A DNA stretch of 64,000 nucleotides from an uncultured Verrucomicrobiae bacterium (GTDB lineage Bacteria; Chlamydiota; Chlamydiia; Chlamydiales; Rhabdochlamydiaceae): assembly GCA_963718565.1 (NCBI GenBank), contig OY970364.1, positions 1,344,001 through 1,408,000 of the forward strand, given 5' to 3'. Below are positions 1 to 10,134 of this stretch, in pieces. Both the position numbers and the translations under genes were made by a program. Position 1 is the first letter of the stretch. Every line of letters begins with the position of its first letter. The notes beneath the pieces were generated by a model. It saw only the letters and a list, made by a program, of their open reading frames with translations, searched no databases and was not told the DNA's origin.

Positions 1-158
1 ATGTTCTCCCAGATGGCATATCCCCAAGGTTTGATCACCATGCAGCCGCGCACGGGTGAGTGCTCCGCTAAGTCACTTGCGCGAATGACCTCTTGAAACC
101 ATTCGGGATAATTCTCTTCTCGGGTAGGTTGAATTGCAGTATGCACTTTTCCTGACAT
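1..158 (-). CDS. proS: Prolyl-tRNA synthetase, archaeal/eukaryotic type, 5' part (runs off the window)
   Basis: Not in the ORF track. Manual translation gives [52 protein letters not shown], a typical ProRS N-terminus. Confidence 0.92.
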   Translation of the reverse strand, partial: MSGKVHTAIQPTREENYPEWFQEVIRASDLAEHSPVRGCMVIKPWGYAIWEN

Positions 159-186
159 AAGCCTCTGGGTTAACCTGAGTTTCGGG

Positions 187-915
187 TTATGTTAATGAGG
201 CATGGCTTAAATGTGTAGCCAAAAGGATGCGGAGGCGCTGCTTGGCAGCATTGATCTCAGCTTGATGGGAAGATTTTTCCAAAAGAGGATAGGTGTGTGC
301 CAGCATCGCGTCAAGGACCTTTGTTCCTGGGAGCAGAATGCGATCGAGGTATTCGCTATTTGGATGAGCAAGGGCAATCGTTCCTTGATGCAAAAACCCT
401 TTGCGGGTCTTTCTTTGGGCAGCCCCTGCGATCTTTTTTCCCTCCCACATTACATCGTATTTGGTCGGCTTGGCCATGCAAAAGTGCGCGCAGTTAGAAT
501 CCCAGGAAGCAAAATCTTCAGCTGTCAGTGAAAGCGGCGGCTGATGATCAAGAAATTCTTTTACAGAAGTAAGAACGGCATTGTTGACAAAGGCGTAATT
601 TTCGAGCGTGTTCAAAGAAAATTCAGAACAGGTGGCTGGAACTAAAACAGAAAAGGCCATGTCCCAACCATGGAAAACAATCCCCCCTCCCGTTGGACGA
701 CGCACAAGTTGCAAAGAAAATCGTCGAACATTGTCGAGATTTAAAAGTTTAGAGGGGTCGGTAAAATACCCATGAGTAGCGCTATTTCCCGACCACTCAT
801 AAAAGTGAAGAATAGGATGAGATAAAGTATCCGCTTGTTCCAGCAATTCCGCATCAAAGCGCATATTTTCTTCTGCGCTTTGGTGACCCGTGTCGATAAT
901 CTCCCAATCTGACAT
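187..915 (-). CDS. Lipoate-protein ligase A / LipM family protein
   Basis: Motifs [32 protein letters not shown]. Start moved to the ATG at 915 ([10 protein letters not shown]) because the ORF-track extension lies in a repeat element. Confidence 0.88.
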   Translation of the reverse strand: MSDWEIIDTGHQSAEENMRFDAELLEQADTLSHPILHFYEWSGNSATHGYFTDPSKLLNLDNVRRFSLQLVRRPTGGGIVFHGWDMAFSVLVPATCSEFSLNTLENYAFVNNAVLTSVKEFLDHQPPLSLTAEDFASWDSNCAHFCMAKPTKYDVMWEGKKIAGAAQRKTRKGFLHQGTIALAHPNSEYLDRILLPGTKVLDAMLAHTYPLLEKSSHQAEINAAKQRLRILLATHLSHASLT

Positions 916-918
916 TAA

Positions 919-1065
919 TAACCTGAATTTTGGGTTCCTTTCATAATATCTTGCCGTATCTTTTATTGAACGCGCCAAAAGTGATTTTTGGGGCTAAAAA
1001 AACATGTTACTACACAAGCTTCCCCAAAAAATCACTTTTTGGTCGCTAGTTTTGCAATTCTCTCT
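919..1065. repeat. Composite of palindromic repeats: internally deleted family A copy (919-980), an imperfect IR (975-1042) and a family B end (1048-1065)
   Basis: taacctgaattttgggttcctttcataatatcttgccgtatc matches the arm of the 60495-60665 element. IR is ccaaaagtgatttttgggg / ccccaaaaaatcactttttgg. agttttgcaattctctct matches family B. Confidence 0.7.
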
Positions 1066-1199
1066 TTTAGCAAACTAAATCCTTAATATTTAAATCTTTA
1101 CAATATTAAATATATTTTTTACCACTGGCTCGAGGGTTTGCCAAAAAAGGGAAAAGCGCCTACAATTCATAAAGAGGGCGGTCCCTCAGGGAAGGTGCT

Positions 1200-3748
1200 A
1201 TGTTTGATAAATTTACCAATCGTGCCAAACAAGTCATCAAACTGGCTAAAAAAGAAGCGCAGCGACTCAATCACAATTACTTAGGGACAGAACACGTTCT
1301 TCTCGGGCTTGCTTAAACTCGGCCAGGGAATCGCTGTCAATGTCTTGCGCAACTTCAATCTCGATTACGATACGGTACGCGCGGAAATCGAACGGCTGGT
1401 CGGCTTTGGCCCTGAAATTCAAGTCTATGGAGATCCCGCCCTCACAGGAAAAGTTAAAAAAGTTTTTGAATTTGCCAATGAAGAGGCTGCAAACCTCAAT
1501 CATAATTATGTCGGCACAGAACACCTCCTCCTCGCCCTCTTACGGCAGACCGATGGTGTTGCTGCCCAAGTCTTAGAAAATCTCAACGTCAATCTCAAAG
1601 ATGTCCGCAAAGAAGTTCTCAAAGAGCTTGAAACCTTCAATTTGCAACTTCCTCCGATGGGCACAGCGGGGCAGCGCCCCCTGCACCTTCTTCCTCAAAA
1701 GCTCAAGAACAGCGCTGGGATCTCCGGGGATAAAATGCCAGCTCTTAAAGCTTATGGCCACGACCTGACCGAGATTTGCCGTGAAGGAAAACTCGATCCG
1801 GTGATCGGACGAAAAGAAGAAGTGGAACGGCTGATTCTGATCCTCTGCCGCCGACGAAAAAATAACCCTGTCCTCATTGGAGAAGCAGGCGTCGGAAAAA
1901 CAGCCATTGTCGAAGGTCTGGCGCAAGCCATTGTCAAAGGCGAAGTCCCTGATCACCTGACTAAAAAAAAACTGATTTCCCTCGATTTGACATTGATGAT
2001 CGCCGGAACAAAATACCGCGGTCAATTTGAAGAGCGCATCAAAGCGGTCATGGACGAGATCAAGAAGAATGGCAACGTCCTCTTATTCATCGACGAATTC
2101 CATACGATCGTCGGAGCGGGCGCTGCAGAAGGGCGCAATCGATGCCTCCAATATTTTAAAACCCGCTCTTTCCCGCGGAGAAATCCAATGTATCGGAGCA
2201 ACAACCATCGATGAATACCGCAAACACATTGAAAAAGATGCTGCTTTGGAGCGCCGATTCCAAAAGATCCTCGTCGCCCCTCCTTCTGTCGAAGAAACGA
2301 TCGCAATCCTGATGGGCCTTAAACCTAAATATGAAGAGCATCACAAATGCATCTATACCGATGCAGCATTGAAGTCAGCCGTTTATCTTGTCTGATCGCT
2401 ATATCACAGGCCGTTTCCTGCCCGATAAAGCGATCGACCTTCTCGATGAAGCAGGAGCTAAAGCGCGCATTGCGATGATGCATCAGCCTCAAGACATCAC
2501 TAAAATTGAAGCCGAAATCGAAGAGGTGCGCCTCGGCAAAGAAGAGGCGATCGGCAAACAGGAATATGAAAAAGCGGCAAAATTGCGCGATAAAGAGAAA
2601 ACTTTGCGCGAACATCTTCAGCAAATCCGCACCGAATGGGAAAGCAACAAAGACGAACATCAGGTGATCGTCGACGAAGAAGATGTCGCTCAAATCGTCT
2701 CAAAACAAACAGGCATTCCTCTCACACGCCTTACCGAAGGAGAAACGACAAAAGTCCTCAAGATGGAAGAGGTCCTTAAAGAAAATATCATCGGCCAAGA
2801 CGATGCTGTCAGCACTGTCTGCAGAGCGATTCGCCGCAGCCGCGCCGATATCAAAGACCCAAACCGCCCCATCGGCGCCTTCCTTTTCCTAGGCCCAACA
2901 GGCGTTGGAAAAACGCTTCTGGCAAAACAGCTCGCGATCAATATGTTTGGCGGTGAAGATGCTCTCATCCAAGTCGACATGTCCGAATACATGGAGAAAT
3001 TCGCCATCAGCCGCATGACAGGATCGCCTCCCGGATATGTCGGACATGAAGAAGGCGGACAGCTCACCGAACAAGTGCGCCAGCGCCCTTATTGCGTCGT
3101 TCTCTTTGATGAGATTGAAAAGGCGCATCCCGATGTCATGAACCTCCTCTTGCAAATCTTAGAAGAAGGACGCCTCACCGACTCTTTTGGCCGCAAGATC
3201 GATTTCCGCAATACGATCATCATCATGACCTCCAATCTTGGCGCGGACCTGATCCGCCGTTCAACAGAGGTCGGTTTTGGAGTCCAAGAAGGAATGCTCG
3301 ATTTCAAATCGATGCAGGAAAAGATCGAAGGCTCTGTCAAAAAAGCTTTCAAGCCTGAATTCATCAACCGCTTAGATGGCATTGTGATCTTCAAACCGCT
3401 CGACCGCACTCCATCTGTTCCAAGTCATCGACCTCGAAGTGAAAAAAGTCAGAGTCGCGGCTTGCGCGTAAAAAAATTGGGCTGACTCTCGACGACAAAG
3501 CAAAAGATTTTCTCGTCACCAAGGGCTTTCAGCCAGAAATGGGCGCCCGGCCCTTGCGTCGCGTCATCGAACAATATCTCGAAGATCCGCTTGCAGAAAA
3601 ACTTTTGCTCAACCCAGGCAAAGGTGGCAACTGGAATGTTTCTGTAGACGGCGATAAACTTGTTTTCATCGAACAGGAACCTCCTCCAGAGGAGGCAAAA
3701 AACCACCTCGCCCTCTCAGGGCCGCCTGAGCGTAAAAAAGCACGTTAA
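1200..3748 (+). CDS. clpC: ATP-dependent Clp protease ATP-binding subunit ClpC, interrupted by several frameshifts (about 1310, 2135, 2390, 3410-3480)
   Basis: Starts [20 protein letters not shown]. Two Clp-N repeats, Walker A GEAGVGKT and [11 protein letters not shown] coiled coil, and C-terminal [11 protein letters not shown] are spread over successive ORFs in different frames. Confidence 0.93.
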
Positions 3749-3749
3749 T

Positions 3750-3771
3750 GAGGGAATTGCAAAACTCCCTC
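3750..3771. terminator. Short hairpin (family B repeat end) between convergent clpC and glgB
   Basis: gagggaattgcaaaactccctc pairs gaggga with tccctc. The same core occurs at 12986-13007 and, reversed, at 36155-36176. Confidence 0.5.
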
Positions 3772-6452
3772 TAATTCCATCTTTCTTCAAAAGCAACTAG
3801 CGATAAAGGTGGCAAAGCAAAACGGAAATGTGTCGGATCCCCGGAGCCGTCTCTTCTGAGAGTCGCCCAATTGTTTCTAAACTGTCCTGTCCCACCATAT
3901 TGAGTTCCATCGGTATTGAAGATCTCTTTTGCTCCTTTAATCCAATGGAGATCGGGATCTTCGTGCAAAGAGGCTAAAGGAAAATCGTATTCTGGATGGC
4001 CCGTAGGAGAAAAATTAAAGAACAGGGCGATGCGCTGTCCTTCATAGTCAAAGCGATGAATCCCAATGACGTTGTTAGAGGCACAATGAGAGATGAGCTG
4101 ATAACCTCGACTCCCCTGTTTCCAAAAAGCTGGCCGCGATCGATACAAACGATTCAGATCCCCGACACATTCTTGCAAACCGCGATGAAAAGAGGCTTCC
4201 GCGTGCCCATCTAATAGGTTCCATTCTACTGCTCCTTCTTGAGTCTGCAATCGTTCGTTCCAGGGCCATCTTTGGCTGATTTCATCACCCATATGGATCC
4301 CATGACCGCATCCGGGAGACAACAAGTTCCACGCATGAAAAAGACGCATGTCAGCAAATTTTTTCCAGGAATCCAATGTGGGAATGGATCCATAAATCGT
4401 GGAATAGTGATAAAGAGCGCCTGAAGCCGCATCATCGTGCGAATGAGCGATTAACCAATGTTCGCCTTGTCCTATTTCATGGATATTAGCGAGAAGTTTT
4501 CCATAATGATGCTCATCCCAGCTGCGCTGATCATAAGGCGTCCGGAAATAATTGCGCATGCGGCATTGCATAGGAATGCCCAGTTTGACATCAAATCCTA
4601 GTCCGTCTTCAAAAGTCGGTTTAGTGACATTCGGGAAGCCACTTGTTTCTTCTGCAATCATCAGAATGCCAGGGTACTGTTCATGCACGAGATGATTAAG
4701 CTCCTTAAGAAAGTGGATCGCAGCCCATTGTTTAACTCCAGATCGGTCAACCATCGGACCAACAGCATCAACTCGCAAACCATCGATGTGCATCTGTTCA
4801 ATCCAATACAAAGCACTAGCGAGTAAAAGACGGCGAGTCTCTTCTTTATTAAAGTCAAAAAAGATCGTTCCCCAATAAGAGGGCTCCGAACCGAATAGAG
4901 GTGTGCCATCATAATCATGGAGGGATTGAGAACGATCGCCGTTGTGCTCATGTTTGTAATGGGCAGGGATCCAATCGATGATCACCCCAATCCCGTGCTG
5001 ATGGCAGAGATCGACGAGAAATTTGAAATCATCGCTATTGCCAAGTCTGCGATTGGGAGAAAAAAAGTGATCCGTCTGGTATCCCCAAGAACAGTCGTTT
5101 TTGTTATCGAGCACGCCATAAATCTGAACATGGGTGAAAGGGATCTTTTTTTGATATTCGACAATGGCCCACGCAAGTTGACGAAAAGACAAAGGCTTGC
5201 CATTCTCTTTTTTCCATGAATCGGCATGCATCTCATAAATCGAAAGAGGTTTTTTGCAAGGATCGCTGCGCGATCGTTCGATGACCCAGCCTTGATCGTT
5301 CCAGGGAAATGCTTCCATATCTGTGACAACCGATTCCACAGCAGATCCTGTGTCCGCCACGGAAAAACTGAACGGATCGGTACGATAGCTCCAACAACCC
5401 TGACAATCCTCGATAAGAAAACGATACGTCCTGCCAGGATGGGCATGATGCGTAAACGTTTCAAAGAGCCCAAAATTCTTTCGCTGCATTGGAATGCAAT
5501 GTTCTTCTTTTCCATAAGCCGTCAGGATTAATTGGACTTGGCGTGCGTGAGGAGCAAAGACTTGAAATTGTGTTCCATCGAGTTTGGGATGAGCCCCTCG
5601 CCACTGATAAAGATGCTTCGGATCTGAACGCATCTTTTCGCTTTTTAGAGCCGTACCTTCAATGACACCGATCCATTCGCGAACTCTTCCAGAAACCTTG
5701 CTAAGCACCGCCTGCCACTGTTCTCGATTGAGCATTCTATACAGTACAGTCAATCGATCGAAATCCTCGATCTCTCTCATCTTTTCTAACCCATCCAGCA
5801 GTGCGGTTTGTTCTCGCAATTGCTGCTCATGAGTGTGAATGTCGTTTAAGGAGGTTTTATCAGAGACGCTTTGTATACCGCGCTCCGTCAGGTATAACAG
5901 TTGAACCGTATTCTTCTGCTTTTCTAAAACAGAGCACATTTCATAGTGATGAATCATCTGTTCGCAAAGCGTCTTTCCCTTAAGATGAAGAAGCGGCATC
6001 TGAATTTCAGAAAGAAGGGAAAGTCGTCCTTTAAGCCTTTTTTCACCCAATTTGTCGCCAAAAGTAGCCCCATGATCAACCCAGACCGACCAATAGAATA
6101 AACACTGAACATCTGCGGGCAAATCATCAAAAGCCGATCTGACATCGCCACTTGCCGCGTCTTCTTTCAATAGAGTGAGGAGATGGAAAAGCTTACCCTG
6201 GGTTAACCCCAGGGCCTCTACTGTCTTATTCGGCTGATGTGGACGTAAAACCCTGTTGACAGCCCGGTTCAATCGATCCTCGCTGATAGACCGAACTAAC
6301 CAAGCCCGTTCAGGAAAGACTTTCTCATTGGTCAAAAAATCAGGAACTTTGCGCTCGATATGAGATAAGCGGTCTAAATGTGGGTCCTGTCTATCAAAAC
6401 CCCAATATCGCCGCCATTCATGAACATGGTCGATACATCTTGCTTGAATCAT
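3771..6452 (-). CDS. glgB: 1,4-alpha-glucan branching enzyme (GH13) with about 275-aa N-terminal extension
   Basis: CBM48-like GAHP..GTQFQVFAPHA, SIYEMH..SW, SWGYQ, DWIPAH, catalytic GLRVDAV, IAEET and SHDD. Confidence 0.9.
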   Translation of the reverse strand: MIQARCIDHVHEWRRYWGFDRQDPHLDRLSHIERKVPDFLTNEKVFPERAWLVRSISEDRLNRAVNRVLRPHQPNKTVEALGLTQGKLFHLLTLLKEDAASGDVRSAFDDLPADVQCLFYWSVWVDHGATFGDKLGEKRLKGRLSLLSEIQMPLLHLKGKTLCEQMIHHYEMCSVLEKQKNTVQLLYLTERGIQSVSDKTSLNDIHTHEQQLREQTALLDGLEKMREIEDFDRLTVLYRMLNREQWQAVLSKVSGRVREWIGVIEGTALKSEKMRSDPKHLYQWRGAHPKLDGTQFQVFAPHARQVQLILTAYGKEEHCIPMQRKNFGLFETFTHHAHPGRTYRFLIEDCQGCWSYRTDPFSFSVADTGSAVESVVTDMEAFPWNDQGWVIERSRSDPCKKPLSIYEMHADSWKKENGKPLSFRQLAWAIVEYQKKIPFTHVQIYGVLDNKNDCSWGYQTDHFFSPNRRLGNSDDFKFLVDLCHQHGIGVIIDWIPAHYKHEHNGDRSQSLHDYDGTPLFGSEPSYWGTIFFDFNKEETRRLLLASALYWIEQMHIDGLRVDAVGPMVDRSGVKQWAAIHFLKELNHLVHEQYPGILMIAEETSGFPNVTKPTFEDGLGFDVKLGIPMQCRMRNYFRTPYDQRSWDEHHYGKLLANIHEIGQGEHWLIAHSHDDAASGALYHYSTIYGSIPTLDSWKKFADMRLFHAWNLLSPGCGHGIHMGDEISQRWPWNERLQTQEGAVEWNLLDGHAEASFHRGLQECVGDLNRLYRSRPAFWKQGSRGYQLISHCASNNVIGIHRFDYEGQRIALFFNFSPTGHPEYDFPLASLHEDPDLHWIKGAKEIFNTDGTQYGGTGQFRNNWATLRRDGSGDPTHFRFALPPLSLVAFEERWN

Positions 6453-6532
6453 CCCACTCTCGTTTTTTTAAAAGCATGAGGATGAAGTTTATCAAAACGG
6501 CGTTGTTGCGCAAATAGACAATTTTACCACAG

Positions 6533-6615
6533 AGTGGTCCTTAATAAAAATTCTGGCGATAATTTCGGCGTCAAAAACGCCGAAATTATCGCCAGAATTT
6601 TTGTTAAGGACCACT
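6533..6615. repeat. Near-perfect long palindrome (39-bp arms, 5-nt loop), possibly also terminates the upstream minus-strand gene
   Basis: agtggtccttaataaaaattctggcgataatttcggcgt-caaaa-acgccgaaattatcgccagaatttttgttaaggaccact, one mismatch. Confidence 0.9.
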
Positions 6616-6619
6616 AGTT

Positions 6620-6997
6620 TTAGACGTGTATTCTCCTCATAAGAGCGGACTCCTCGGCGGCCTTTCTTACTTCTATGACCTTTCTTGCTGCGCCGATCAT
6701 CCCCCGAATAACAGGGTCGTCGTTTGTTAACACATAGGTAAGAGCACAAACTCTACCAGCCTTAATAACATTTTTTGCTGCTTCCTCATCTTTGATATGT
6801 TTTGGTGTTCCTACAACACTATTTGGCGTTCCTACATATTCGAGAATCTTATTCAAAACGTCTTGTTCAAATAGAAGAACAGGAACCCGTCCATCGGGGT
6901 CGGCTTGTCTTAATTTCTTGTTCTGCACAGCAGTCAGATCATTGTAGGGCAGGGCAATCGGACCATTGGATTGTTGCACTGTTGCTTGAGTAGCCAT
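6620..6997 (-). CDS. Hypothetical protein (125 aa)
   Basis: ATG start with an AGGAAGG ribosome-binding site upstream and an AT-rich promoter region beyond. No recognised domain. Confidence 0.7.
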   Translation of the reverse strand: MATQATVQQSNGPIALPYNDLTAVQNKKLRQADPDGRVPVLLFEQDVLNKILEYVGTPNSVVGTPKHIKDEEAAKNVIKAGRVCALTYVLTNDDPVIRGMIGAARKVIEVRKAAEESALMRRIHV

Positions 6998-7203
6998 AAT
7001 TACCTTCCTTGATTCGAGATGATGATTATTTGGTTTTTATTTATTCTCGAACAACTTGATTATATTATATTTATTAATTAATAACAAATTTAATTAATAA
7101 ATATAATAAAAAAAATTTGAGTTAAATAAGTTGTTAATAATTAGATATTTACTTAAATTACCCTCATGTTTTATGATTTCTTTTTCAAAAAGGCCATTTG
7201 TTA

Positions 7204-8286
7204 ATGGGTATCAAAACTGTTGTTGTCGGAATGTCCGGAGGGGTAGATTCTTCTGTATCCGCACTTCTGCTAAAAAAGCAAGGCTATCGCGTCATTGGGA
7301 TGTTCATGAAGAATTGGGAGGAAAAGGATGAAAATGGCATCTGCACTTCCACTCGCGACTACGAAGATGTCGTCAAGGTCTGCGAGCAGATCGATATTCC
7401 CTTCTATTCGGTGAATTTTGTCGAAGAATATCGTCGCCAGGTGTTCTCTCAATTTCTTTCCGATCTTGAGGCGGGTTTTACGCCAAACCCCGATATTCTC
7501 TGTAACCGCGAGATCAAATTTAAAGCTTTTCTCGAAAAAGCGATCGCGCTGGGTGCAGATTATCTTGCGACGGGCCATTATTGCCGAAAAAGAGAGCCAT
7601 CCGATTTTCCCGAATTGTGGAAAGGAACCGATCCCAATAAAGATCAAAGTTATTTTCTCTATACACTTTCCTCCTCCACTTTAAAAAAAGTGCTTTTCCC
7701 CATTGGCCATTTGCTCAAAGCGCAGGTACGCCACATTGCGAAAGAATTTGGGCTCATCACTTCGGAAAAAAAAGACAGCACCGGGATTTGTTTCATTGGC
7801 AAGCGCGATTTTAAAGAATTTACAAGCCGCTATTTGGGATACAAACCGGGAAAGTTTGAAAACCTCAAAGGCGAAGTGATCGGCGACCATGATGGTGTTG
7901 CCTTTTATACCATTGGGCAACGGAAAGGGCTTAGGATAGGCGGTCCTGGAGAGGCTTGGTTTGTCGTCGGAAAAGACGTAGAACGCAACGTCGTCATCAT
8001 TGAACAGGGTGAAGGTCATCCAGCACTTTACAAAAGTGAATTGACCGCTACAGAACTGTCTTGGGTGGCCGGGTCTCCTCCTTTGACTCTTCCTTTCTTA
8101 TGCCTAGCAAAAGTGCGCTATCGACAACCTGAGCAACCCTGTACGATTGAAAAGATTAAAGAGGGCAAAGCAACGATCACTTTTAAACAGCCGCAGCGTG
8201 CGATCACACCCCGGCAATCGATTGTATTTTATGAAAATGATCGCTGCCTCGGCGGCGGCATCATTCAACCAGAAAAAGCAGTTTAA
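7204..8286 (+). CDS. mnmA: tRNA-specific 2-thiouridylase
   Basis: VVGMSGGVDSSV, TPNPDILCNREIKF, ATGHY, KDQSYFL, KKDSTGICFIG, YTIGQRKGL. Confidence 0.97.
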   Translation: MGIKTVVVGMSGGVDSSVSALLLKKQGYRVIGMFMKNWEEKDENGICTSTRDYEDVVKVCEQIDIPFYSVNFVEEYRRQVFSQFLSDLEAGFTPNPDILCNREIKFKAFLEKAIALGADYLATGHYCRKREPSDFPELWKGTDPNKDQSYFLYTLSSSTLKKVLFPIGHLLKAQVRHIAKEFGLITSEKKDSTGICFIGKRDFKEFTSRYLGYKPGKFENLKGEVIGDHDGVAFYTIGQRKGLRIGGPGEAWFVVGKDVERNVVIIEQGEGHPALYKSELTATELSWVAGSPPLTLPFLCLAKVRYRQPEQPCTIEKIKEGKATITFKQPQRAITPRQSIVFYENDRCLGGGIIQPEKAV

Positions 8287-8366
8287 ACGCCCAGACCCAT
8301 TAATAAAACTTTCGCTATCAAACAGCCTCTCCGGCCACACCTTGACTGATAGCACGTACATTAACT

Positions 8367-8492
8367 TCCTTGAAGACTCTGGCACAAGTTGAAGACCATT
8401 TCGATCCGTGCCCAATCAAGATCGATAAGTGGTAAGTTTGGCATGGATCAAAATGGTCTTCAACTTGTGCCATGAGTTTTTAAGGACGCACC
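8367..8492. repeat. Palindromic element family C (about 125-bp hairpin)
   Basis: Arms tggcacaagttgaagaccattt / aaatggtcttcaacttgtgcca. Near-identical inverted copy at 13448-13552 and a diverged partial copy at 56480-56533. Confidence 0.88.
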
Positions 8493-8656
8493 AAATTTGA
8501 CAAGTTTTTTCTCAATTCTTCAGTTTTCTTGTGTATAATTATTTTTTATTAAAAAAGTGACATAAAATAATCTCTGTCCACACCTTCTTTTTTAGTGATT
8601 CAAAATCGATTTTAATCTATTTGTAAGAATAGGCACAAAAATATAATTATTGAGTT

Positions 8657-10132
8657 ATGTCTTTAAACTATTTCAAAACAATCGGTTTATTTCTTTTAAT
8701 TTTGGCCGGTTGCGGAAGAGTTTCAGATCGTGAATTAGCGCAAATTTCGCCACCCATCTCCTTAGAAAGTTCCATAGAAGAGGCCTTTGCCCGAGAGTTT
8801 TTCGAACAAGGGGGATGGCCCACGGAACGTTGGTGGGAAATGTTTGAAGACCCCCAGCTCAATGAAATCATCGAACTTGCTTTAAAAGAAAGTCCCACTT
8901 TGTTTAAAGCTTTAGCAAAAGTCGATGAGGCAGAAACTGAGGCACGAAAAGAGCGCGCTGCACTTTTTCCTCGCCTTGATTTGGAATATTTAGAACAATG
9001 GAACTATTTTAGTAAAAATGGCTTCGACCGTTCGTTCTTTCCTATACCTCCCAGTTCGCCTCCCATTCCGGCCACAGATAATCAGATCGATCTCACGCTG
9101 AACTTTAACTACGAAATCGATTTCTTTGGAAAAAATCGCAATCTGTATAAAGCAGCCCTCGATAAAGCTCGGGCTGAGCGCGCAGAAGCCATACAAGCCA
9201 CCTTGATACTCACGACGTTGATCACACAAACTTATATCGAACTGCAGACCAAACTTTTGCAAAGAGAAGCTCTCCAAGATCGCTTAAGAGAACGGAATAT
9301 GCTCTTTGCACTCGCTGTCTCTAGAAGCGAGCATGGACTTGATCCTGCTTTACCTGTCCTCGAAAGAGAGCAGAATGTTTATAACATTGAGCAATCGATC
9401 CTTCAGCTCGATAAAGGAATTGCACTCGATCGTCACATGTTGAGTGTGCTCGTCGGTGTGGGTCCTGATCAAAACATCGCACAGAAGCCCATGACGGCAA
9501 TCTTTGAAAAACCGTTTCCCATTCCCACGCACCTCTCCAGCGATTTGCTCGCACGACGCCCCGATCTTACCGCCCAAATTTGGCGTGTAGAATCTGCGGC
9601 AAGAGAAATCAGCGCTGCCAAAGCCGATTTCTACCCCAGCGTCAATCTCCTCGCTTTTGCAGGCTTAGAAAGCCTTTCTTTCAACAAGCTATTTCACATC
9701 GGCAGCAGGCAAGGAAGTTTAATTCCAGGTGTTCACCTACCGATATACACGGGTGGAAAATTGACCGCTAATTTGAAGAACAAGGTCGCTGCTTTTAATG
9801 AAGAGACTTATCGATACAATGAGCTTATCCTCAACGCCGCTCGCGATGTCGCCGATCAAATCACAACTCTCATTGCTGCCTTTGATATCCTAAAATGCCA
9901 GATCAATACTCTGGAAACATTAGAAGAGCAGGTCGAATTGCAATATTCGCGTTATCGAAATGGCATCAATAATTTTCTCTCTGTATTAGAACGAGAAGAT
10001 GATCTGCAGGTCCAACGGTTGCAATTATTTGGCTATGAGAGAGACTACCTGCTCGCCGTATTGATGCTGGTCAAAGCCTTAGGCGGAGGATATTACACTC
10101 ATCCCCCTCACATTCAAACGCGAGGGGCTTAG
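8657..10132 (+). CDS. Efflux outer-membrane lipoprotein, NodT/TolC family
   Basis: Lipobox LAGC, WWEMFEDPQL, YEIDFFGK, LLARRPDL, ADFYPSVNL, LVKALGGG. Confidence 0.93.
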   Translation: MSLNYFKTIGLFLLILAGCGRVSDRELAQISPPISLESSIEEAFAREFFEQGGWPTERWWEMFEDPQLNEIIELALKESPTLFKALAKVDEAETEARKERAALFPRLDLEYLEQWNYFSKNGFDRSFFPIPPSSPPIPATDNQIDLTLNFNYEIDFFGKNRNLYKAALDKARAERAEAIQATLILTTLITQTYIELQTKLLQREALQDRLRERNMLFALAVSRSEHGLDPALPVLEREQNVYNIEQSILQLDKGIALDRHMLSVLVGVGPDQNIAQKPMTAIFEKPFPIPTHLSSDLLARRPDLTAQIWRVESAAREISAAKADFYPSVNLLAFAGLESLSFNKLFHIGSRQGSLIPGVHLPIYTGGKLTANLKNKVAAFNEETYRYNELILNAARDVADQITTLIAAFDILKCQINTLETLEEQVELQYSRYRNGINNFLSVLEREDDLQVQRLQLFGYERDYLLAVLMLVKALGGGYYTHPPHIQTRGA

Positions 10133-10134
10133 CA

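Noticed and set aside
1200..3748. clpC as several genes or a programmed frameshift
   Set aside because: The pieces are collinear parts of one ClpC, and the shifts are numerous and lack a consistent slippery motif.
7020..7190. Very AT-rich tract
   Set aside because: It is consistent with a divergent promoter region, and I saw no DnaA-box cluster or iterons to support an origin.
8104..8415. ORFs starting MGTDRNGLQ here and at 13525-13767, as a small gene family
   Set aside because: The shared N-terminus is simply translation of the family C palindrome.
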